Source: Gnetum montanum | Lineage: Eukaryota; Plantae; Gnetophyta | DNA length: 64,000 nt | Direction: 5' to 3' | Assembly (NCBI GenBank): GCA_015680685.1 | Contig: MNCI01000405.1 | Location: 540,521-604,520 of the forward strand | Part shown: positions 27,131 to 37,329 of the stretch, piece by piece | Layout of the letters: each line of letters begins with the position of its first letter | Position numbering within the stretch: position 1 is the first letter of the stretch | The notes under the pieces: generated by a model | What the model saw: the letters and a program-made list of their open reading frames with translations, nothing else | The model's database searches: none | What the model was told of the DNA's origin: nothing | Translations under genes and position numbers: made by a program

Positions 27131-28072
27131 TATTAAGAATGCCTTGTCATGAATTTCTTCTAGAAAAACATTAGGATTGACATTCTTTCCTTTGTTATTC
27201 TCATGCTTTATTTCCATAGAAGCATCTCTTTGTACTTGCACCTCTATGGGTTGGTACAACCTAGTCATGTGTTTTGTCACATGATATCCTTCTTGTGCAT
27301 GGCTCAAATTCATTTCCCTTAAGGTTTCTTGAAGCATGGCTAGTGTTGAATGCTCTTGGAGGCAAGACAATGTTGCCTTGCAAGTCCCTCCAACTCAGCT
27401 GCTCATCTTGGTGAAAGATGAATGTAAAATTAGGGTAATAAGGATCAATGTGAGTGTATGAGATCCTTGTTTGCATAGGTGTACTCTAGTCTTCATCATC
27501 ATGTGTTCTATCATTACCCATTTACAGCTCCTTTACATGTGATAATTTTTCTTTAAGTGTTGAAGCCATATTATATATTTGATGCTTAGGTATGTGTGTG
27601 TTATTAAGAATTCCTTATCATGAATTTCTTCTAGAAAAACATTGGGATTGACATTCTTTCCTTTGTTATTCTCATGCTTTATTTCCATAGAAGCATCTCT
27701 TTGTACTTGCACCTCTATGGGTTGGTACAACCTAGTCATGTGTTTTGTCACATGATATCCTTCCTGTGCATGGCTCATATTCATTTCCCTTAAGGTTTCT
27801 TGAATCATGGCTAGTGTTAAATGCTCTTGGAGGCAAGACAATGTTTCCCTACAAGTCCCTCCAACTCAGCTGCTCATCTTGGTGAAAGATGAATGTAAAA
27901 TTAGGGTAATAAGGATCAATGTGAGTTTATGAGATCCTTGTTTGCACAGGTGTTCTCTAGTCTTCATCATCATGTGTTCTATCATTACCCATTTATAGCT
28001 CCTTGACAAGTGATAATTTTTCTTTAAGTGTTGAAGCCGTATTATATATTTGATGCTTAGGTATGTGTGTGT
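27131..28072. repeat. 471-bp tandem duplication (27131-27601, 27602-28072) over the 5' coding start of element B
   Basis: Near-identical copies. ORFs 27047..27370 and 27533..27841 are duplicates. TATTAA occurs at all three junctions. Confidence 0.93.
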
Positions 28073-28182
28073 TATTAAAATTAATTAAAGGTATAACAAT
28101 AAACTTTGTGATTCTTGATCCAATGAACCTTATAAAATTAACTACTTATCACACATTGACACATCCCTAACAATAGCACCAA

Positions 28183-29652
28183 TGATGACTAGTCGAGGTA
28201 TCCCAACACTTTACCATACAAGTTACGAGTGTCTGCACATGACCAAATCATATCTATGGATGGACAATGTAATTATGTTAGTAATTGAGAGTAAGTTCAA
28301 GATTGTTGTCTTTCCACTTTGAGTTAGTAAAGTTTGAGTGTATGGTTTAATTCTTAGTGAGGCATCAAATTGATTGATGTTGTAAGGCTCTTAACATTCC
28401 TAATGGTAAGCATGATTGAGTGAAAATAAAATTCTAAGTCTCGTAAATTATGAAAATACAAATCTATCTTAGCCTAAAGCAATGGATATCTAGTCCTAGT
28501 CTACTATACATGCCTTGGACTCATGTAGTTATCATTGGAATTATCGAGTGGAATTACTACTGAGTGAACAAGCAACACCATTACTAGGTTACCGGATAAC
28601 TATACTTAGCAATCAAAACCTATCACATCCCCATTCCCAAATGGTGTTGTTTCCTAATGAAGATGGTGTCTCTTCATAACAAGTGTTATTGTTATCTTAA
28701 CAAGACCTGAAAGTGTAGTTGTAATTAAGACTTAAAAGGGCATATTGTAATAACAAACATGTCTCTTAAGGTAACCTTTGGGGGTTTGACCTAAGGCATT
28801 TATACCTGGGGTTAGAGGTCATGCCTGCATGGAGTGGTAGAGCTAGTACAAGGAAGTCACAGGAAGCTAGGTCAAGTGAGATAGGAAGTGGATTGGCCAT
28901 CCCTTCTAGTCAAGTTATAGGCTTAACCATGGTGGCAATGCTGGATTGCCTCTAAGGGATAGATTCCAAAGGAAGAAAAATCCCAAGGAACACTCTTGGA
29001 GCACAATATGGATGCGCTATTTCATATCAATAAAGCAATTTTTCTTTCTCTTTCTACATTTTCCCTAATATTTCCTTTATACATAATGTTGAATATCACA
29101 TATATTTCATAGTTGGCATATTTTCTTCATACGCATAATGTCTAATATATTGTATATTTGACGTTTTCTAGGACATCCAGGGATGGGATGTCACAAAACC
29201 AATCATATCCATTCTACTTACTAATAACATGTAAAATAAAGTGCTTGAAATGTAAATGATTAACTAAGAAAGCAAGAAAATTAGTCTAAGTAAACATAGA
29301 AAAAACTAAGGAATGTTACAATGATGAGAAATAGCTTTGATCTTTATTTTCACACATAAACTATGTCCAAGTATAATTTACTCAAATAAAGATTTTGGTT
29401 GACTACTTAACACCACACTGTAGGCATTCACTCTATCATTAAAACTATGAAATGAAACTACAAGATTTTGACTAAGTTTTGGAATGAAAATTTGTTGATT
29501 GTATGCCCAAGTTCTAGTATTTATAGGGCTACATAGATCTTGAGACATTGCATCAACCATGACATAGGATGAGCTATGACATCATAGATACAATATCATT
29601 GATACGATATCATAGTTACAATATTGAAATGGTGAAAATTTTTGTTTTATTA
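28183..29652 (-). repeat. Element B 5' LTR, interrupted by a solo LTR
   Basis: Matches 9401-10284 on both sides of the 28621-29195 insertion. Confidence 0.9.
28621..29195 (+). mobile_element. Solo LTR of the element F family
   Basis: T(A)TCACA...TCACA termini and a perfect TSD AAACC (28616-28620, 29196-29200). It is the reverse complement homologue of 33492-34048 and 43909-44481. TATA-like TTTATA at ~28799 and AATAAA at ~29029. Confidence 0.9.
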
Positions 29653-31477
29653 TCCACCCTGCTTGAATTCTCATTAGCCTTATCTTTGACTTCACCCTTT
29701 TCATAATTCTTGTCCTTGTGGTTCTTTAACCTCAAATTTGAGTTTTAATCTCTTCTTAAATTTGTATCCCTTATTTTTTCTCTTTGTTAATCCTTCACCA
29801 TTGCTTCCAAAGTAAGTTAGTTTTTACTCTATCTTCAATGCTAATTCATAAGCCTCATCTAATGTTCTAAACTCATAGAAGAGCAACTCCTACTAGTATT
29901 ACATCTTTATACCTCTAACAAATATAGATATCTACTCATATTTATCACACCCAACTTTGGAATAATGGAACAATTAATAAAATTAAATTTGAGATTCCTT
30001 CACATATTTCTTACCTTGTCTTAAATTTTTTATCTTCGTTATAGCCTCTTATCTTTACTTGGATTGCTTATATTTTTTCCTCAACATGTATTACATTAAA
30101 TTTTATTCCCTTATTTACATATTGTTTTACACAAGTAAGGCATAAGACTTATTTTCCAACCAAATAGAAGTCATTCTCTCCAATTTGGATTCACCAATTA
30201 GTACCTTAAGATGATTAGGCATCTTCTATAACTCAAAGTTCTTATTTATAATCTTTAATAATCACTCAAATGCATAAGATCCACCTATACCATTAAAGTA
30301 TTACAAGTCCACATAAGGAAGCCTTAATGCATTCCTAAATGCTCTTGCAAGTCTAGCCCCATCTTCATCATGTTACTTGGAGTTCCTTAATGTACTTGAT
30401 GAATGAGCAACTAATTGAAACCTTTGAGATCTAACATGAGGACTAGGCTTCATTCCTCTTGTAACCCTTAGACAATGGAATCATCCACGTTCATGTGTTG
30501 AATCGATAGCCATCTCACCATATCCTCTTCCATTTTTATATTCTACTTCATCTTCACCTACAACAAATGAATATTTATGTACATGTTTCACATGAGAGGG
30601 ACTTTCATTAGAACCAAGTTTAGCATCCAATTTCTCCAATCTATCTACTGTCATTTTAAGAGCACCTTTATTATCTTCCATATCTATATTAAAATCTTGA
30701 ATAGATTTCTTTTTTGAAGCTTTATTTTCCCAAGTAATTCAAGACAAGAATTTACACCTAATTGCATATCTAAAGTAATTAACATTGATTTAAGCTCAAA
30801 AGGCATAATCCTTTAGTTCAAGGCATAATTGAAACTCAAAAACATCAAGAAATGTATCCAATTAGACATGCATGAAGCCTAAGATTTGATTTCAAACATG
30901 GTATTGAAGATCCAATTATTTAAATCTAGTCTTTGATATCACTAAGCTAGTATAGCCTCAAGGATTAATGAACCATTCCTTAAAAAAATCCCCAAAACTA
31001 GACATATTCATTCCCAATTCAATTAGAAAAGAAAAACCCACTAAAACCCTAACTAACATGAGTGAATGAAAATACATTTGAAATATAGTGATAAGGACTC
31101 ATAAACATAAAAGCTACAAGATTTAGAAAGTAATACACCTTCCAAAAACTTAAACTCACATGACTTAATGCTAGTTATAGAGCCTGAGGCTCTACAACCT
31201 TAACAATCCTCAACTTTGCTTTAAAAGATGAAGATTAAATGTCTAAGGAATTCTCATGAATGACTCAAGAACTCTTTTCCTTAGCTAAGAGATAATTAAA
31301 GAATGGCTAAAATACCCTCATTACATCACTTATTCATTGGTTTATAGGCTCACACTTTTAAAAATCATCAGGTGTCATGTTGCAAGCCACTATGAGTTAC
31401 ACTTGCTTGTAGTTCCTTCGTGGTTGTTGCCTATTATGGATCCTAGTTAGTCATAATTCTAAAAGTCTAGAAAACTT

Positions 31478-32742
31478 TATGGACCTTTTGGTGTATCCAA
31501 ATCATTAAGTAAAATGGAGTTAAAGGTTGTTTTCATGGTTGTGTGATTATTGTGTTTGTAGGACTTCATACATGGGAAACCAAGATGAGCTAAAGAGGAA
31601 AAGGAATGAAATGTTTAGAGCTCAAAGGAGGATGTCATCCACACAGTCTTCAAAAAAACATACAAGAATTCCAAAGAACATGGATAAGGACTAGATACTG
31701 CACAAGAAATGTTAGCATCATTAAAGCATGCATAAGATCAAGGTTGAGTACAAGGAACGATGACTTCAAAGGACAAAGAAAGATGAAGAAAGACGTCTCT
31801 AAGAAGTAGTAAACGTATTTAAAAAAATGAAATGAACTTAGGCAAAGACATATTTAAGAAATAGTAGACATCTTTCATCATGCAGAGTCATCTTCCACCA
31901 AGCAAAGATGTCTTCATAGAATGCAAGCCAATTCCAAAAAGATGTCTTTCTCCAGACAAAGATGTCTTCTGTAATGAAGATTCTAGAAAGATATCTTTCC
32001 CAAACAACAATGTCTTCCTAGAATAGAAGGCAATTTCAGAGAGATGCCTTAGGCATGGAGAAGATGTCTCCCATGATCATTAATGATCGTTGGCTAGTTG
32101 TTGCACAAGTTTCAAGATAGATTTAGAAACACGATAGCTATAAGAAGACTTCATATGCATCGGGAAATGGATAAGATCATGTGTAATCATTGTACAATCA
32201 TTTTGTAAAAATTGTATTCTCTGTTGCTTCTCATTAGATCATCATTTTACATTGTAAAGTGTGTTGTACCTAAACATACAAGGATTAGCAAACCTAGTTG
32301 CATTCATCCCTTGTAATTGTTATTCTCTTATTGCCCTACAACATTGATGTGCTTCTTGTAGAAAGACATCTTGCTTGAGCTTCTCAGGATCGTACAAGAT
32401 TGAGTTGTTGGTGCTGCAGTACAACACTCTAGTGTGTCACTTAAGATTGTAAAGGTTGTCGAAGCCTAGAACCACATTCTAAGCCTAATAGGACCTTGAG
32501 GGGTTGAGTGGTTGGTGTTGTAGCACAACATTCTAGAGTAGGGGTTGATGACTATACAAGGTGTGGATCCTTCAACCACATTTTGAGAGCAACAAAGTTT
32601 AGAGGTGTGCCAGCAATCTACCCTTCAAGTGTGAACTACCCAAGTTGGGAAACCATGTTAAATTCAGTGTGTGTGCTTTTGTGTTATAAATATTTAATTT
32701 AGGGAACTTATTTGTTCCCCCTTCTAAGTTCAACAATCCACA
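31478..32742 (+). mobile_element. Solo LTR, probably copia SIRE/Maximus-like, inserted in the 5' LTR of element A
   Basis: Terminal inverted T(A)TGGA...TCCACA and a perfect TSD AACTT (31473-31477, 32743-32747). Repeated palindromic AAGACGTCTT-derived motifs and a C-rich TTCCCCCTTCTAAG near the 3' end. Confidence 0.8.
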
Positions 32743-33491
32743 AACTTGAATCCATATTATTCTTGATTTGGGGCACATGAATCAACACCAAATTTCATTT
32801 TTTAGATTGTAACAACTTATCAATATGTGTATTTGCAAGGTGTAGCCTCCTAGGTGATCTATGACCTCATTTAAGTTGCATCACCATTACAATACTAAAT
32901 ATAGGCTAGTTTTTTCCATAAAAATCAAATTTTCATCAACTGTGAGCTACTTTGGATCATATTGTGCTCACATTACCATATTGTAACTGACTACAAGTTG
33001 CGACAAGTCAAAATTATCTAAGACTATTTGATGTTCAAGAATGAATGTTGAAAGTAATATAAATATTGCTAGACTAAGACCATATTCCCTACCAATAATT
33101 CATTTATTGATTTTTCAAAGCATTAATTTTAACATTGTGCACATGAGTAAATATCTCTAAAATTAAAATTTTTTCCTTTCTATATATTTTTTGATACTCA
33201 ATGTTAAGTATGTAATGTACTTTGAATTTTTTTCTTATTATTAATATTTTTTGTGGCTAAACAGCTCCTCGTACAAAATTTTATAATGTCACGAAAGATA
33301 AAACATGGTTTCATGTAGGAAACAAATGACTTCATATTCTAAAAAATGAATTCAAAAATAGAATATTAAAAAAATATAAATTTAAAAATCAAGAAACTTA
33401 GAAAAATAATTTAAAAGAAAAATCTTGACACTTAAATCTGAGAAAGATTCTTAATGTAAAAGTCCACTTATATGTCATACTATATCTCTAT

Positions 33492-34048
33492 TTTGATATC
33501 CCATTCCCAGATGTTATGGAAAATTTTAAATATACATTATATTAGATATTAGGTATAAGAAGACAACATAGCAAATGCCAAATATATGTAACATTTGACA
33601 TTGAGCATAAAGAAAATAACATGGAAAATGCAAAAGGAAATATGAAAGAATGCTTTATTGATTTAGAATAATGTATCTAGATCATGCTCTAGGTGTTCCT
33701 TGGGATTTTCTTCCTTTGGCATCTATCCCTTAGAGGTAATCTAGCACTACCACCATGGTTAGGCCTATCACTGGCTAGAAGGAATCGGGAATCCTCTTCC
33801 TATCTTGCTTCACCTAGCACACATTACTCACCTTTACTAGCTTTAGAACTCCATGCTAATATGACCTCTAATGCATGTGTATAAATACCTTAGGTCAAAT
33901 TCCCAAAGGTCACCTCAAGAGACATGTCCGTTATTACAACATGCCCTTTTGGGTCTTAATTACAAGTGCACCTTTTTGGTCTTGTTATACTAATCTTAGG
34001 ATTGGTTATGAGGAGACACCATCTTCGTTATGCAACGATGACATTACA
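33492..34048 (-). repeat. Element F 3' LTR
   Basis: Colinear with 43909-44481 and ends ATTACA next to the PPT. Confidence 0.9.
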
Positions 34049-34515
34049 ATCTACCTCCTTTAGGATTCCTTCATCCTCAAACAAGTCCATGTTCACTATC
34101 TTTTGCTAGCTCCAATTCTTCTTTTATGCTCCTACGCTTATATACTTTGATTTTTCCTTTGGACTTAAAGTTATATATTCTAAAGTTATCTTGCTTATTC
34201 TATAAGAAAAATATATGTAAGAAGAATATATGGGAATTTAAATATTACTTTATTAATACTTACCTCATTTTCTAAGATAATGACAAGAGGTGAATTAAAG
34301 GTCTACCAACCACCAATTACTAGTGTTAACCAAGGTCACACAAAGTGCAACTCATATCTAGTTATCCAAGTGAAGGTAGGGAAAATCCATATTCTCAACT
34401 TGCATTGCCTTAGATATTTTACTTATCTAATTAAAATATAAATTAAACAATGGAGAAAATTATAAGATTATAAAATAAAATGATCTTGATAAACCTTAGG
34501 AATAAATGGAAATAA

Positions 34516-35577
34516 TTATAGTTCTATCATAAGTGATATATGATCAGATGGTCTTGTTCGGGACAGAAGGACTTGATCATGCTTATTCTCAACTTCTTCT
34601 TTAGAAATTAACTCTAGTAACTTGATAACTTGAAAGAATTAGACATTGTACCAAATATAATCTTGGGTCTCAATGAAGAAGGATGTTGATCCATCTTCAT
34701 TAATCATGGTAAAGTAATTACTAAACTATGATTCTACATCATTTTTTCATAAATTCTAGGATCTAATTTATCTATTAAAGATTCGAAGTATGCAAAATAT
34801 GCACTGGTCAATTGAATTGCATGTTGAATTTATGAGAACATCTTATTCCAATCAAGTGTGTCTTTCAAGTATTCCTTTACAAATCCATATTTTAAGACTT
34901 GATAAACACTAATTCCAACTTTCACATTAAAGTCTCCACAAAGGACAATTGGCACTAGATCGATATGTCTTAGGAATAACTTATTCTTCAAAATTTCCTC
35001 TATTTTTCAATCAAATATGCTTCTTAGCACACTCTAATGTCTAGACATGTTGATTTGGCAATTAAATGTGTGTTAGCCATGCATACACATCCTCCTAATA
35101 ACTCAATTTTTAGTATCATTGCCAAAGCTATGTGGCTTCTCTGGAACCTTTATCATTTTTCTTTCTCATGATTTGAATTTTTGGGATTCAAAAATAATCT
35201 CTTCTAAATTTCATTCAAATATTTGTACCAATCCAAACCTATCTTCTTTATAAAAGATTGCACAACCATCTATGTTGTGATTTTTGCAATAGGCTAATTT
35301 GTATGGCTCAAAAAAAGGGCTTCCACAATAACCTTTTTTGCTTATAAATACCTCTATATCCTATCTTTTCCAAGTTTAGTTGGAATTGGTATAGGAATTC
35401 CCATAGCAAGACTTTTTGTAGACACAAGATATCAACATTTAAATCTTGCAACTCTTATAAGATGTATGGGTATTAATACTCATGCCAATCCAAGGATCAT
35501 CATGGACATAGTAGATGTTTTTCTTCACTGGCTAGGGATCTTGCCAATACATTATATTTTACCATTTTTATTTTCAT
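34516..35577 (-). pseudogene. Intronless CCR4/nocturnin/Angel-family EEP deadenylase-like pseudogene
   Basis: Hand translation of the minus strand gives family motifs in order: VKYNVLA (~35542-35562), CP..SLDW, DILCLQ(K)V (~35411-35433), GYRGIYKQK, NIDGCAIFYKEDRF (~35238-35276), HIALAMIL, CMANTHL (~35063-35083), PIVLCGDFN (34926-34952), HAIQLTSAY, ETQDYIWY, KLLELI, RPSDHISLMIEL then stop (34516-34518). Several internal stops and frameshifts are present. Confidence 0.88.
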
Positions 35578-36305
35578 TCTTGGACTTTCTCTTGGGTCAT
35601 TTATCTTCATGGGTATTATATACCTTGTTGAAACAAGATTATAACTCTCAATGTTGTTTTACCAAATGATTTGGTTGCAAGGCAAATTGATATACATCTT
35701 CATGACTATTCTAGTTCATCAACTAATTCATTAACTAATTTTGGTTTGGTAACATTTCGCTTTATTATCTAACTCTAACCTTTCTACCCCTCCTTAAGAC
35801 ACTGACTCTGGAAATGTAACTAATAACACACTTGGGATTAGTAATCTATTATTATCTATCTATAAAGGCTAAGCTATTTAATCTTAAGGCCCAAGAGGTT
35901 AAATTTAGTAGTCTCAACGATTAAATTATTAGGCATGATTAGTTAGTCTAAGTTTTGGATTTTTAAGGCATAATTTAAGATATCATCAAATTATTAAGTA
36001 CATAGATGATAAATTTGACCTTTCAATTGAGATTAGAAGGCTGAAAAATATTAGAAATGGTCATTTAAATGTTAAAAATGGATATCATATGCCCAAGTTA
36101 TGCCAAAATTGAGCTTTTGAGGGTCTTGAGTCACTATGTTGGGGGAGTAAAAAGTAATTTTTGAAGTTCCATGGAGTATATCTAACTTTACCATTGTGTT
36201 AAAGAGGTTGAAATCTATAGAAAACAACTCTTTGTTTGCCAAAAAAAAGGCCTTTGAAATCAAAAGTTATGGCTTTTGAAGTTTAAAATTGTAAGCATAT
36301 AGAAT

Positions 36306-36393
36306 GGGACTTCCCAAGAAGTCATCCACTCCAATACTACTCCATAATAAGCATGCTTAATTACAGAATTTTTATCTCAATTGCTATTAGTGC
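36306..36393 (-). pseudogene. 5S rRNA-derived fragment (internal control region, A/IE/C boxes)
   Basis: The minus strand reads GCACTAATAGC...AATTCTGTAATTAAGCATGCTTATTATGGAGTAGTATTGGAGTGGATGACTTCTTGGGAAGTCCC, against plant 5S GCACTAATGC...AACTCCGCAGTTAAGCGTGCTTGGGCGAGAGTAGTACTAGGATGGGTGACCTCCTGGGAAGTCCT (recalled from memory). Both ends of the gene are missing. Confidence 0.8.
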
Positions 36394-36509
36394 ACAAAAT
36401 TCCTTTTTAACAAAATTTCCTCCATGTTTTACATTTAAATCAACTACCTATTTTCTTGATTTTTTTAAACTTTTCTGTTACAAGATAAAAAATTTTATGG
36501 TTGATGATA

Positions 36510-36812
36510 TGGTCTACGAAGCTTTGTGGTAGGTAGGCTTGGATAGTATCCATGGAGCTCCATGGGAGGTAGCCTTGGGTGATGTTTATAGAGCTCTATG
36601 GGAGGCAACCTTGGGGTTTGTCCTCGATGCTTTATGGAATGTAGCCTTGGGTGGTGTCTATGGAGCTCTATAGGAGGCAGACATAGGTAGTTTTCATGGT
36701 GTACAGTGTGCTCCATGGAAGGTAGCCTTGGATGGTGTCTATGGAGCTTCATGGAAGGTAGCCTTGGGCAGTGTGTATGGTGCTCTATTGGAGGTAGCCT
36801 TGGGTGGTATCC
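36510..36812. repeat. 36-bp minisatellite, about 8 degenerate units (GAGCTCCATGGGAGGTAGCCTTGGGTGGTGTCTATG-like)
   Basis: GGTAGCCTTGG recurs at about 36-bp spacing and produces the 12-aa HPRLPPIELH repeat in ORF 36495..36929. Confidence 0.88.
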
Positions 36813-37329
36813 CCAGTCTCCACAGTGCTCACGAACGTTGAAAATTGCCAAAATTTCCGATGGGTTTTTCGGTGAAGGTGAAGGCGAAGGTAGCAGCAAC
36901 GTCAGCGGTGATAGCGGCGGTGACAACAACTACAACAATGAAAATGTGGAAGAAACAATGGTAGAAAATGTAGAGAATAGCACAAATGGCTACCAAGAAT
37001 AGTAGTAGAGTTAAGTGATAGGCATCAACTAGGTGGCGGTAGTGTAGTGATGGCAAAGAAGGCATAGCAACGGAGTGGGAGGTGAAGGTTTGATTCTTGC
37101 TGGCATGGCCGCTCGGTTTAGAGCTGTAAACTAGAAAAGAAAACCTTAAAACCATATCCTTAATAGAGCCCAAAGTTGCAAGATGACCCCCCAGTCACTT
37201 GCAATAAGACAAAATCTTATTGCACCCCTTAGGACAAAAGCTAAAAAAAGAAATCAAAACAAGCAATTTCAAAAGAGAAACCAGTTAAGAAAAAGTAATA
37301 TTATTGGTAAAGCCTAGTTCTTAACATTG

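Larger units (their letters stand above)
9401..29652 (-). mobile_element. Element B: Athila-like Ty3/gypsy with an extra (env-like position) ORF
   Basis: Paired LTRs 9401-10284 and 28183-29652, TSD CCCAC (9396-9400) / TCCAC (29653-29657), PBS remnant TGGTGCTATTGTTAGGG (decayed TGGCGCCGTTGCCGGGG type) at ~28165-28181, PPT at 10285-10292, and gag/pol motifs inside. Confidence 0.9.
4380..32784 (-). mobile_element. Element A: degenerate CRM/chromovirus-like Ty3/gypsy, split by nested insertions
   Basis: Minus-strand order: LTR (~30948-32784, ends ATCA), Met-type PBS remnant (TGATATCAAAG, 30931-30941), gag (~29660-30680), Zn knuckle remnant CFRYEE (~9320-9365), protease (ORF 8990..9277), RT SKINLKSGYYQ / IVFFDGILIY (~6780-7000), RNase H (ORF 6230..6442), integrase MDFF..IPKT (~5600) and GPFKINDNAF (ORF 4690..4935). 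Confidence 0.8.

Noticed and set aside
32785-33491. Possible unique host sequence between elements A and F
   Set aside because: It is AT-rich with no ORF or motif. It may be LTR sequence continuous with 44487-44899 and 51652-52228 (copia remnant), but I could not confirm this by eye.
34516-35577. Reading the GDFN/SDH-containing segment as a LINE AP-endonuclease fragment
   Set aside because: YNVLA, CP...LDW, DGCAIF, ANTHL and LTSAY are CCR4-family features that L1 endonucleases lack. The nearby LINE has its own endonuclease at ~40300-41065, and no RT follows this segment.
36306-36393. Functional 5S rRNA gene
   Set aside because: Both ends are missing, there are many substitutions, and there is no tandem array.
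36510-36812. CRISPR-like array
   Set aside because: The units are contiguous with no unique spacers, there are no cas genes, and the context is eukaryotic.
36495-36929. Extensin or proline-rich host protein (144-aa ORF)
   Set aside because: The repeat protein is explained by a 36-bp minisatellite inside a transposon, overlapping ORFs are open on both strands, and there is no signal peptide.
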